This document shows, in pieces, positions 1 to 8,218 of a DNA stretch of 64,000 nt. Every line of letters starts with the position of its first letter. The first letter of the stretch is position 1. Under the pieces are notes generated by a model. The model was not told the DNA's origin. It did not search any database and saw only the letters and a list, made by a program, of their open reading frames with translations. The stretch is from Candidatus Sericytochromatia bacterium (GTDB lineage: Bacteria > Cyanobacteriota > Sericytochromatia > S15B-MN24 > UBA4093). A program made the position numbers and the translations under genes. The stretch is from positions 1 to 64,000 of the forward strand of contig JAKFBU010000039.1 of assembly GCA_036676985.1 (NCBI GenBank). The letters are read 5' to 3'.

Positions 1-9
1 GGCAAAGGC

Positions 10-38
10 TTGATATTACTTCACGAAGATGGTGTAAT
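10..38 (+). promoter_or_regulatory. putative sigma70 promoter
   Basis: TTGATA (10-15), 17 bp spacer, TGTAAT (33-38), upstream of the first operon. Confidence 0.4.
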
Positions 39-140
39 AGGACCCATCTCGACCAGCCAAGCCCACTCTCGATGCCCCTAGCTCGGACGCCTCCGGAAGC
101 GGGGCTGCGTCCGGTCGTGGGGCCACCGCGAGGATTGCCG

Positions 141-536
141 TTGTCCGCCTCCAGCTTCCCGGAAGACGTCAAGCAGTTCATCGAGCGGAACCTCGACTCG
201 CTCGAGGAGCTCGAGGTCTTGCTGTTCCTGCACCGTCAGCCGTCGGCCGCGTTAACGGCCGAGGCCCTGGCGACGGCGATCTACACGAACCCGACCTCGA
301 CCCACGCGAAGCTCCGGGCCCTGCAGCACAAGGGGCTCGTGGAGGCGCGAGAGAGCGAGCATGCGACCACCTTCCAGTACCTGCCGTCCTCGCCGAAGGC
401 GCGGTTCGTGGACCGGCTGGCCACCCTCTACGCCGAGCGCCGGGTGGCCGTCACCAACATCATCATCTCCAAGCCCCTCCCGAACATCCAGGCGTTCGCG
501 GATGCCTTCGATTTCCGAAAGAAGCGTGAAGACTGA
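141..536 (+). CDS. winged-helix-like hypothetical protein (DUF5985-associated)
   Basis: IERNLDSLEELEVLLFL...LTAEALATAIY...LRALQHKGLV helix-turn-helix/wing pattern; TTG start chosen 6 nt after GAGGA (ORF open from 72); TGATG overlap with the next gene. Confidence 0.7.
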   Translation: MSASSFPEDVKQFIERNLDSLEELEVLLFLHRQPSAALTAEALATAIYTNPTSTHAKLRALQHKGLVEARESEHATTFQYLPSSPKARFVDRLATLYAERRVAVTNIIISKPLPNIQAFADAFDFRKKRED

Positions 537-796
537 TGGCCGCCGAAGTCGTGTACATCATCGCTTTCCTGGTCGCCCTGACTTGCGGCGTGCTCCTCTG
601 GCGGGGCTACCAGCGATCCGAGCGGCGTCTTTTGCTCTGGAGCAGCATCTGCTTCATGTTCCTGAGCCTCGAGAACGCCCTCTTGTTCGTGGACTCCGTG
701 ATCGTGCCGGGCATCGACCTGCGGCTCGTGCGTGGCCTGGTCACGCTCGTGGGCATGAGCTTCCTGGTGTACGGACTGGTTTGGGAACGGGAGTGA
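536..796 (+). CDS. DUF5985 family small membrane protein
   Basis: 3 TM; CGVLLWRGYQRSERRLLLWSSICF...LVYGLVWE pattern. Confidence 0.75.
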   Translation: MAAEVVYIIAFLVALTCGVLLWRGYQRSERRLLLWSSICFMFLSLENALLFVDSVIVPGIDLRLVRGLVTLVGMSFLVYGLVWERE

Positions 797-812
797 GCCG
801 GTGGGAGTGAAC

Positions 813-1097
813 ATGGATAACCTGGACACGCTGATCTTCGGCATGATCACGATGGCCTGTATGGTCGTCAGCCTGTTCTTCCTGCGCTTCTGGCGGCTAT
901 CGGGCGATCGCTTCTTCGCCCTGTTCGCCTTGAGCTTCGCCCTCTTGGCCGTGGTCCGCCTCGGGCTCGGCCTGGTCCCGGTCGACGTGGAGGAACGGAC
1001 GCTTCTGTACTGGGTGCGGCTGCTCGCCTATCTCCTGATCCTGGTGGCCATCCTGGACAAGAACCGCCCGAAGCCCTCGACGCCGGAGACGCCCTAG
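813..1097 (+). CDS. DUF5985 family small membrane protein (second type)
   Basis: LFFLRFWRLSGDRFFALFALSF...VRLLAYLLILVAILDKNR; GGGAG RBS before ATG 813. Confidence 0.75.
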   Translation: MDNLDTLIFGMITMACMVVSLFFLRFWRLSGDRFFALFALSFALLAVVRLGLGLVPVDVEERTLLYWVRLLAYLLILVAILDKNRPKPSTPETP

Positions 1098-1729
1098 CAG
1101 CCTTCGGGCGCGACGCCGTAGGCGCGCACGAACATGGCGACGGCCTCCGTGATGACGTCTTCGACCTCTTCGGGCGTCGGGGCGAGGTCCAGCCCGATCA
1201 TGGCCCGGTGGAAGACGTCGTACAAGAGGCCGTCGTGGAAGAGCGCCGCCGCTCGGCGCGGCGGCACCGGCCGGACCAGGCCGGCAGCCTGCTTGGCCGC
1301 GAGGAAGGCCCCGATCCGCCGGTACGACTCCTCGGGGCCCGCCAGGTACCAGGCCCGGCTGAGCGCGGGAAAGCGGGCGGACTCGGCGATGATGAGCCGA
1401 TGGAACGCGAAGTGGCGCGGCTGCATGAGCGGCTGGATGAGGCGGCGCGCGAAGGTGCGCAGGCCGTCCGCCAGATCGAGCTCCGAGAGGTCCAGGTCCT
1501 CGACGCTCGCGAGGACCTCCTCGCACAGGCGCTCGACGACGGCCACGAAGAGGCCCTCTTTGTCGCCGAAAAAGGTGTAGAGGTTGGTCTTCGAGCCGCC
1601 GACGGCCTTGACGATCTCGTCCAGGCTCACGCCCTCGTAGCCTCGTTCCAGGAAGCGATCGGCCGCGACCTGGAGGTAGCGATCGCGCTTTTCGAGGGTG
1701 CGGTGGTTCGGGCGGCGGCCCGGGACCAT
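1094..1729 (-). CDS. TetR/AcrR family transcriptional regulator
   Basis: AADRFLERGYEGVSLDEIVKAVGGSKTNLYTFFGDKEGLF HTH; ATG at 1729 lies 8 nt past the stop of the upstream gene. Confidence 0.9.
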   Translation of the reverse strand: MVPGRRPNHRTLEKRDRYLQVAADRFLERGYEGVSLDEIVKAVGGSKTNLYTFFGDKEGLFVAVVERLCEEVLASVEDLDLSELDLADGLRTFARRLIQPLMQPRHFAFHRLIIAESARFPALSRAWYLAGPEESYRRIGAFLAAKQAAGLVRPVPPRRAAALFHDGLLYDVFHRAMIGLDLAPTPEEVEDVITEAVAMFVRAYGVAPEGC

Positions 1730-1737
1730 GGCGGTGG

Positions 1738-2040
1738 CTAGCGCAGCCACTTCCGTTCGAGCACGAAGGTGCCGAACGGGAGCACGCCCGCGAGGAAGAG
1801 GCCCGACAGTCGCTCCAGGGGCCACTTGAGGTGCGAGACTACCATCAGGCCGAGGATGCCGTAGGCGATGAAGAGGATGCCGTGCAGCATGCCGACCACC
1901 TGGACGGCCTGGGGCATGCCCGCCATGTACTTGAGCGGCATCGCGACGCCGAGGAGCAGCAGGAAGCTGGTACCCTCGGCCATCGCCACGGCCTTGAACC
2001 AGCGCACGAGAGAAGAGGCGGGAGCCTGAGCTTGATTCAT
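1738..2040 (-). CDS. DUF3817 family membrane protein
   Basis: FKAVAMAEGTSFLLLLGVAMPLKY...GMLHGILFIAY...VLPFGTFVLERK; GGAGG RBS. Confidence 0.85.
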   Translation of the reverse strand: MNQAQAPASSLVRWFKAVAMAEGTSFLLLLGVAMPLKYMAGMPQAVQVVGMLHGILFIAYGILGLMVVSHLKWPLERLSGLFLAGVLPFGTFVLERKWLR

Positions 2041-2231
2041 CGTTCCTCCGGTGACAGGCGCCGAAAACAGCAGCGAGCGCCTGAAAAATCGTCACATGCG
2101 CGGCCGCCCGGAAAATATCCGGCCGGATCCGCATGATGAGAGGATTTTAACACACGCAGGCCCACTCCGGGGGGCGGATGCGTCGCCGGGCGTTTGGCGC
2201 TATCCTGGAAGCATTGAGACAGGAGATCGTC

Positions 2232-2699
2232 ATGACCACCCAACCGCCCGCGGCACCGCGGGGCAATCCTCCCAACCGCGACACGCTCGCCCAGCGCCTG
2301 GGCGAGCGCATGCCCCTCTGGAACGAGATCCGCGAGACCGTCGTCGAGATCGGTGCCAAGTGGCAGTGGGCCTACTCGGAGGCGACGCAGACCTGGAGCT
2401 ACCGCTCCTACCAAGAGGGCGATCGCTTCTTCGCCTCCATGTCCTTTAAGGACGGGGGCTTCGAGGTGAGCCTCAACCTCAAGGCCGACGAGTGGGCGGG
2501 CGTCACGCCAAGCTCGCCCGACGAGGCCGCGCGCCTGGAGGCACTGCGGGCTCAGGCGACGGCCAAGGGCGAGGACCCGGCCTGGCTTCACCTTTCGATC
2601 GACAGCGCGGCGGACCTGCCGCTGCTCGCCAAGCTCCTGGTCACGCGAGCGCGGCGGGTGCAAAAGCCCCGCCGCAAGGTCGTCAAGAAGCGCCGCTGA
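2232..2699 (+). CDS. hypothetical protein, DUF3788-like
   Basis: AGGAG RBS before ATG 2232; WQWAYS...WSYR...FFASMSFKDGGFEVSL pattern; GC3-rich codons. Confidence 0.6.
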   Translation: MTTQPPAAPRGNPPNRDTLAQRLGERMPLWNEIRETVVEIGAKWQWAYSEATQTWSYRSYQEGDRFFASMSFKDGGFEVSLNLKADEWAGVTPSSPDEAARLEALRAQATAKGEDPAWLHLSIDSAADLPLLAKLLVTRARRVQKPRRKVVKKRR

Positions 2700-2701
2700 C
2701 C

Positions 2702-3334
2702 CTAGGCGAGCAGCACCTTGTCGAGGCGCGGGAACGAGAAGAGCGGGAAGCCGGTCACAGGCAGGCTGAGGGCCACGAACTCACCGTTCCGCAAGAGGGC
2801 CGTGTTAGCCTCGTCGGTGTCGAGGTGCAGCTCCAGGGCGTACGACTCGCTCACCCGGACGAGCACGCCTTCGAAGGTCGTCGGACGCTCGCCCGAGACC
2901 CGGACGTTGACCCGGTCCTTGTCCCGGACGCCGTAGTAGGCGGCGTCCCGGGGCGTCATGTGGATGTGGCGGCAGGCCAGGATGACGCCCTTCTCGAGCA
3001 TCACCTGCCCGTAGGGGCCCACGAGCGTCAGGCCGGGGCTGCCGTCCAGGTCGCCCGAGTCGCGGACGGGCGCGCTCACGCCGAGCTTGTAGGCATCCGT
3101 CTGCGAGATCTCGACCTGGGTCTCCCGGCGCACGGGCCCGAGGATCCGCACCTTGTCGAGGCGGCCCTTGGGGCCCACGAGCGTCACGAGCTCCTCGGCC
3201 GCGTACTGCCCGGGCTGCCCCAGGGGACGCATTTCGTTCAGCCGGTAGCCGGGACCGAAGAGCGCCTCGAGGTCCGACTGCGCCACGTGCACGTGACGGT
3301 TGGAGATGCCGACGGGGATGAGTCTGGTGTCCAT
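2702..3334 (-). CDS. pduL: phosphate propanoyltransferase / phosphotransacylase PduL
   Basis: GISNRHVH, QPGQYAAEE, RETQVEISQTD, RHIHMTP and LHLDTDEAN motifs. Confidence 0.93.
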   Translation of the reverse strand: MDTRLIPVGISNRHVHVAQSDLEALFGPGYRLNEMRPLGQPGQYAAEELVTLVGPKGRLDKVRILGPVRRETQVEISQTDAYKLGVSAPVRDSGDLDGSPGLTLVGPYGQVMLEKGVILACRHIHMTPRDAAYYGVRDKDRVNVRVSGERPTTFEGVLVRVSESYALELHLDTDEANTALLRNGEFVALSLPVTGFPLFSFPRLDKVLLA

Positions 3335-3354
3335 GGTTGTCTCCTGGCGTTGCC

Positions 3355-4602
3355 TTATCGGATGGCCGCCTGGCCGGCGGACTCGAACGAATAACGGAAA
3401 GCGGGATCGGTCGGTGAGCGGCCCTCCAGCAGGGCGACGGTGTCCTCGACGATGACGAGCTCTTCATTGGTAGGGATCACGAGCACCCGGACGGGCGAGT
3501 CGGGGGGGCTGACGGCGCGCTCGACGCCGTTCCAGGTCGCGCGGTTCAGGTCGGGATCCAGGTGGAGGCCCAGGTACTCCATGTCCGCGAGGACCAGCTC
3601 CCGGACCAGCGCCGAGTTCTCCCCGACGCCCGCTGTGAAGACGACGGCATCCACGCCGCCCAGGGCCGCCGCGTAGGCGCCGATGTACTTCTTGAGGCGG
3701 TAGGCGTAGGCCTTGAGGGCCTCGGTGCAGCGCGCATCGCCCCGCATGTGCCCCTCCTCCACGTCGCGCAGGTCGCTCTCGCCCGACAGCGCGAGCATGC
3801 CGCTCTCCTTGTTGAGGGCCGCGAAGATCCGCTCGTAGGGCTCCTGGGTGCGGCTCTGGACGTAGGGGATGAGGCCCGCGTCCAGGTCGCCCGCCCGGGT
3901 GCCCATGATGGCGCCCTCGAGCGGCGTGAGGCCCATGGAGTTGTCGATGGAGTGGCCATGCCGGACGGCGCTGACGGAGACGCCGTTGCCGACATGGCAG
4001 GTGATGAGGCGCAGCGCCGTGACCGGCCGCTGCAGGAGGCTCGCCGCACGGCGCGAGACGTAGAGGTGCGAGGTCCCGTGGAAGCCGTAGGAGCGGACGT
4101 CCAGGTCCTCGACCCACCGCTGCGGAACGGCGTAGGTGTAGGCCTCGTGCGGCATGGTCTGGTGGAAGGCCGTGTCGAAGACGGCGATCTGCGGCACGCC
4201 CGGCATGAGCGCCTGGGCGGCGACGATGCCCGCCAGGTTGGGCGGGTTGTGCAGGGGGGCGAGCGGAATGAGCTCCTCGATGGCCGCCAGGACCTCGGCG
4301 TCGATCACCACCGACCGCGCGAAGCGGCGGCCGCCGTGGACCACCCGGTGCCCGACGGCCGCGACGGGCCGGTCCGGAAGGTCGGTCGCGAGCAGGTCGA
4401 GGACCTGCGCGATGGCCGCGGCATGGTCACCCTTCGCCAGGGCGCGCCGGGTGGCGGGCGCGTCTCCCACCCGATGCTTGAGGCTGGTCCCGTCCAACCC
4501 GATCCGCTCGACCAGGCCGCTCGCGAGCGGCGTGGAGGTCGTCCGGTCGATGAGCTGGTATTTCAACGAGCTGCTGCCGCAGTTCAGGGCGAGGATGTTC
4601 AT
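3355..4602 (-). CDS. ackA: acetate kinase
   Basis: LNCGSSSLKY, GHRVVHGG, APLHNP, FDTAFHQT, YGFHGTSH, FTAGVGEN and IPTNEE motifs. Confidence 0.96.
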   Translation of the reverse strand: MNILALNCGSSSLKYQLIDRTTSTPLASGLVERIGLDGTSLKHRVGDAPATRRALAKGDHAAAIAQVLDLLATDLPDRPVAAVGHRVVHGGRRFARSVVIDAEVLAAIEELIPLAPLHNPPNLAGIVAAQALMPGVPQIAVFDTAFHQTMPHEAYTYAVPQRWVEDLDVRSYGFHGTSHLYVSRRAASLLQRPVTALRLITCHVGNGVSVSAVRHGHSIDNSMGLTPLEGAIMGTRAGDLDAGLIPYVQSRTQEPYERIFAALNKESGMLALSGESDLRDVEEGHMRGDARCTEALKAYAYRLKKYIGAYAAALGGVDAVVFTAGVGENSALVRELVLADMEYLGLHLDPDLNRATWNGVERAVSPPDSPVRVLVIPTNEELVIVEDTVALLEGRSPTDPAFRYSFESAGQAAIR

Positions 4603-4998
4603 GCGAAGCTTCTCCCGAGGGCCGTCGCCGTGCGGCGAGCGATCGTGTTTTCATTCACAAATAAAGCAAACCGCATGTTCCACCCGGCCCAAATCCGGGA
4701 AAAACACCGACCCTTGAGTTAAGGATCGTTACTACCCCCGAGTGAAGCCCCGCCCTCACGTCAAACCTGCACCCAAATGCCTGTTAGAACGACGCGAGCT
4801 CCCTCGGGGTCACTTGCTCCGCTCTTAACGCACTTGCTCGTTAATTGGCACGGAAACGAGCCGTGGGCGGCATGTTTCAGTAGTCCCCACGGAAGGCCCC
4901 GCCGGACGAAGCCTGCGACCGCTCGTCGGCCGGGCGCTCCGCGCCCCTCCGGGCGGAGGCGCCCGGGGGGCAGTGGCCGCGGGGATCCGGGGCCATGG

Positions 4999-5027
4999 TT
5001 TACGTATGTTAATCTTCGTGTTACAAT
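4999..5027 (+). promoter_or_regulatory. putative sigma70 promoter of the infA operon
   Basis: TTTACG, 17 bp, TACAAT with an extended TG; AT-rich patch in GC-rich DNA. Confidence 0.6.
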
Positions 5028-5074
5028 GTCCCTAGACATATGGGCTGAGGAAAACGTCAGTCTCCGGATAGAAA

Positions 5075-5125
5075 CGATTGTTAAATGTAGGGTCTGCGTT
5101 TTAACAACGCGGGCCCCCTGTTTTT
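5075..5125 (+). promoter_or_regulatory. candidate cis-regulatory RNA switch in the infA 5' leader
   Basis: Hairpin GGGTCTGCGTT-TTAAC-AACGCGGGCCC (5090-5116) followed by CCTGTTTTT; competing stem TTGTTAAA (5078-5085)/TTTAACAA (5100-5107); homologous copy at 9945-9986. Confidence 0.55.
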
Positions 5126-5134
5126 AGGAGCTTC

Positions 5135-5353
5135 ATGAAAGAAGAGTCGATCGAGCTCGAGGGAACGATTCAGGAGGCACTCTCCAACGGCATGTTTCGG
5201 GTCCTGCTCGACAACAATGCAGTCGTCCTAGGTCACCTGGCCGGCAAGATGCGCAAGTTCCGCATCAAGGTCCTGCAAGGCGATCGCGTCAAAATCGAAC
5301 TGTCCCCGTATGACCTGACCCGCGGTCGCATCAGCTTCCGCAAGCGGGCCTAA
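5135..5353 (+). CDS. infA: translation initiation factor IF-1
   Basis: 72 aa; [22 protein letters not shown]...[30 protein letters not shown]; AGGAG RBS. Confidence 0.97.
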   Translation: MKEESIELEGTIQEALSNGMFRVLLDNNAVVLGHLAGKMRKFRIKVLQGDRVKIELSPYDLTRGRISFRKRA

Positions 5354-5378
5354 GGCCCTATCCAGAGGAGGAACTCCC

Positions 5379-5690
5379 TTGCCCACGTTCACCGAACAGA
5401 CGATCACCTGCGTCGACTGCGGCACCAACTTCCCGTTCACGGTCGCTGACCAGGAATTCTTCGCCGAGAAGGGCTTCAACAACCCGCCTCGCCGCTGCAA
5501 GCCCTGCCGCGTGGCCGCCAAGGCCAACCGCGAGGGTGGCAGCAGCTACGGCGGCGGCCGCAGCTCGAGCTTCGGCGCGACCCGCGAGATGCACGACGTG
5601 ACCTGCAGCAGCTGCGGCACGGCGACCCAGGTCCCCTTCAAGCCCAACGGCAGCAAGCCCGTCTACTGCCGCGATTGCTTCCGGCGGTAA
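5379..5690 (+). CDS. zinc-ribbon protein (zf-trcl-like plus CxxC-x17-CxxC domain)
   Basis: TCVDCG..F.FT..DQEFF.EKGF.N.P.RC.PCR, a Gly/Ser linker, then TCSSCG...VPFKPNGSKPVYCRDCF; TTG start after GGAGG. Confidence 0.88.
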   Translation: MPTFTEQTITCVDCGTNFPFTVADQEFFAEKGFNNPPRRCKPCRVAAKANREGGSSYGGGRSSSFGATREMHDVTCSSCGTATQVPFKPNGSKPVYCRDCFRR

Positions 5691-5692
5691 GC

Positions 5693-5959
5693 GTGGGGAA
5701 GAACAATACCAAGGCCGAAAAGGCCAAGCGTAACCTCGCCTACGCCCAGGCGCACAAGAAGCGGGCCAAGCCCGTTCGGCGGTTCGGCCGGCCCACGCCG
5801 GCCCCTTCCGCCGACGCCTCCCCGGCCCCGGCCGGAGCGCGTCCCATGTTTCCTGCGGTCTGCAGCACCTGCGGCAAGGAAACCACCGTGCCGTTCGAGC
5901 CCACCTCGGGCAAGCCGGTGCAGTGCCGGGACTGCTTCCAGCCCAAGCCTCGCTTGTAG
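5693..5959 (+). CDS. basic N-terminus plus CxxC-x17-CxxC domain protein
   Basis: GTG 2 nt after the upstream stop; Lys/Arg-rich N-terminus; MFPAVCSTCGKETTVPFEPTSGKPVQCRDCF. Confidence 0.8.
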   Translation: MGKNNTKAEKAKRNLAYAQAHKKRAKPVRRFGRPTPAPSADASPAPAGARPMFPAVCSTCGKETTVPFEPTSGKPVQCRDCFQPKPRL

Positions 5960-5971
5960 GAAGGAATCACG

Positions 5972-6214
5972 ATGAAGGGCCAGGCCAAGCTCCTCGATCC
6001 GTTCAAGGACAACCTCTACCGCCGCACGGTGGATTCCGCCACCGGGGCGCACGTCCTCGAGAAAAGCTGCCCCAAGTGCTCCAAGAAGGCCGGGGCGACC
6101 GTCTACTACGCGGAAACCGACTTCACGGCCGTCTCGAAGGTCACCGGACAGACGGAGATGAAGAAGGACTGCCATCGGCACCGCAAGGCGCTCGCCCTGC
6201 CCGTAGAGCAGTAG
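5972..6214 (+). CDS. small hypothetical protein with possible Zn ligands (CxxC...CxxH)
   Basis: AAGGA RBS; 80 aa; SCPKCS and DCHRH; followed by a terminator. Confidence 0.7.
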   Translation: MKGQAKLLDPFKDNLYRRTVDSATGAHVLEKSCPKCSKKAGATVYYAETDFTAVSKVTGQTEMKKDCHRHRKALALPVEQ

Positions 6215-6232
6215 GCGGCATCCTCAGAACGA

Positions 6233-6264
6233 CGAAAGGTCCCGGCGATGGCCGGGACCTTTCG
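6233..6264. terminator. intrinsic terminator hairpin
   Basis: CGAAAGGTCCCGGC-GATG-GCCGGGACCTTTCG perfect inverted repeat after the infA operon. Confidence 0.75.
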
Positions 6265-6348
6265 CTTGCGGCCGCTCGGGCCCCGGCGGGACCCTCGGTT
6301 CCGTGGTATGATCCGGCGTTTCCCTGCCCAAACCAACGAGGAGGCAAC

Positions 6349-6798
6349 GTGGCACTCGACTTGACCAAAGCCTATCCCCGCAGCCCGTTCCAGGAGCTTG
6401 GCGGTTACCCCTGGCTCGCGCGGCTGATCGACAAGGTCCGCGCGAAGCATGCCGGCACCCTGGGCGAGTACACGCCCTATCCCTGTGGTGGCGATCGCCG
6501 CTTTCTCGGAGCGGTCGGCGTCGATCCGGACGGCCTGGAGGCCGAGATCCGGCGCGGCGCCTCGGACGACGAGGTGGCCGCCTGGGTGAAGGCGCACCAG
6601 ACCCCGGACGCGCCCCAGAAGCTCCAGGAGTACCGCGGAGGCATGCTCTCGCCCCTGTCGGGAGAGATGGCCGAGTACCTCAAGGGCGCCAAGGCCGAGC
6701 TCGCTGCGGCCCGTCCCGAGCTGGACCTCTCGACGGTGGACAACTGGAACCGGCTCATCTGCCTCGAGGAGGGCCACGCCATCCCGCAGACCGTCTAA
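6349..6798 (+). CDS. DUF5069 domain protein
   Basis: DLTKAYPRSPFQELGGYPWLARLIDKVRA...GTLGEY; GAGGAGG RBS before GTG. Confidence 0.85.
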   Translation: MALDLTKAYPRSPFQELGGYPWLARLIDKVRAKHAGTLGEYTPYPCGGDRRFLGAVGVDPDGLEAEIRRGASDDEVAAWVKAHQTPDAPQKLQEYRGGMLSPLSGEMAEYLKGAKAELAAARPELDLSTVDNWNRLICLEEGHAIPQTV

Positions 6799-6906
6799 CG
6801 GTCACGGCATCAGCTTGCCGCGTCATCACCCGAGCACACGATCACGCCAGCACGCTGAAGCGTTGCTGAGATGACAACATCCCAGCAACGCGATCACACT
6901 CCAAAT

Positions 6907-6942
6907 CAAAGGTCCCCCCGGCCGTGGCCGGGGGGACCTTTG
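6907..6942. terminator. bidirectional terminator hairpin
   Basis: CAAAGGTCCCCCCGGCC/GGCCGGGGGGACCTTTG between convergent genes. Confidence 0.75.
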
Positions 6943-6953
6943 GCGTTTGGCAG

Positions 6954-8078
6954 CTAGCGGCGGCGCAGGACGACGCTGCCCACCGAGTAGCCGGCGCCGA
7001 ACGAGGAGATGACGCCGCAGTCGCCCGCCTGGAGATCCGCGTTGTGCAAGTGGAACGCGATGATCGAGCCCGCGGAGCTGGTGTTGCCGTACTCGTCCAG
7101 GATCACCGGGGCCTCGGCGGGCGTGGCCTCGCGGCCCAGGAGGCGCTTCGAGATGAGCTGGTTCATGCTCAGGTTCGCCTGGTGGAGCCAGTAGCGGGCC
7201 ACGTCCGTCGTCGCGAGCGCGAGCGTCGCGAGGTGCGCCTCGATGTGCTCGGCCACCATGGGGCAGACTTCCTTGAAGACCTTGCGGCCCTGCTGGACGA
7301 ACAGCTTGTCCGGCTTGCCGATGCCCGACTCGTCGGCGCGGTTGAGGAAGCCGAAGTTGTTGCGGATGTTGTTCGAGAAGACGGTGGCGAGCTTGCAGCC
7401 CAGCACCTCGAACTGCCGCTCGGAGACCGCGCGATCCGCCCGCTCCAAGAGGATCGCCGTGCAGGCGTCCCCGAAGATGAAGTGGCTGTCGCGGTCCCGG
7501 AAGTTGAGGTGCGCCGAGCAGATCTCCGGGTTCAGGACGAGCACGGCCCGGGCCTGGCCGGCCTGGATGGCGTTGACGGCCGTCTGGATGCCGAAGGTCG
7601 CCGACGAGCAGGCCACGTTCATGTCGAAGCCGAAGCCCCGGATGCCCAGGGCGTTCTGGACCTCGATGGAGACCGCGGGGTAGGGCCGCTGCATGTTGGA
7701 GGCGGCCACCAGCACCATGTCCACGTCCTCCGGCTGCCGGCCGGCGGCCGCGAGGGCCTCCCGGGCCGCCGCGACGGCCATCTCGGCCTGCACGGACAGC
7801 TCTTCGTTGGGACGCTCGGGCAAGGACGGGACCATGCGGGCGGGATCCAGGACGCCCACTCGGTCCAACAGGTAGCGACTCTTGATGCCCGAGGCCTTGT
7901 GGATGAACTCCGCGCTCGACTCCTGCAGGGGCGCCAGCGCACCGGACTCGATCTCCGCCGCGTGGCGGCGGTTGTGGTCCGTGACGAAGGCGTTGAAGGA
8001 CTGCACCAGCTCCTCGTTGCTGACGGCATGCGGCGGCGTGAAGAGGCCCGTCCCGCTGATGACCACGGCGTGGCTCAT
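6954..8078 (-). CDS. fabH: beta-ketoacyl-ACP synthase III-like (FabH family, PA3286 type)
   Basis: DMNVACSS (Cys), WLHQAN (His) and YGNTSSAG (Asn) triad; FRDRDSHFIFGD. Confidence 0.9.
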   Translation of the reverse strand: MSHAVVISGTGLFTPPHAVSNEELVQSFNAFVTDHNRRHAAEIESGALAPLQESSAEFIHKASGIKSRYLLDRVGVLDPARMVPSLPERPNEELSVQAEMAVAAAREALAAAGRQPEDVDMVLVAASNMQRPYPAVSIEVQNALGIRGFGFDMNVACSSATFGIQTAVNAIQAGQARAVLVLNPEICSAHLNFRDRDSHFIFGDACTAILLERADRAVSERQFEVLGCKLATVFSNNIRNNFGFLNRADESGIGKPDKLFVQQGRKVFKEVCPMVAEHIEAHLATLALATTDVARYWLHQANLSMNQLISKRLLGREATPAEAPVILDEYGNTSSAGSIIAFHLHNADLQAGDCGVISSFGAGYSVGSVVLRRR

Positions 8079-8176
8079 ATCGACTTCCTGACTCCCTGAA
8101 GCAGGGCAACGGCAAAGGTTTGAGGGATGCCTGAATGCTCCATATGATACACCATCCGGTCCCCAGCCAGGAAACA

Positions 8177-8207
8177 AGACGGCCGGGGGCAATGCCCCCG
8201 GCCGTCT
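8177..8207 (-). terminator. terminator hairpin downstream of the DEAD-box helicase
   Basis: AGACGGCCGGGGGC-AAT-GCCCCCGGCCGTCT with a T-rich tail on the minus strand. Confidence 0.75.
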
Positions 8208-8218
8208 CCGGAATCAAC

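Noticed and set aside
2702-3334. Bacterial microcompartment locus implied by pduL
   Set aside because: No shell proteins or signature enzymes occur in the window.
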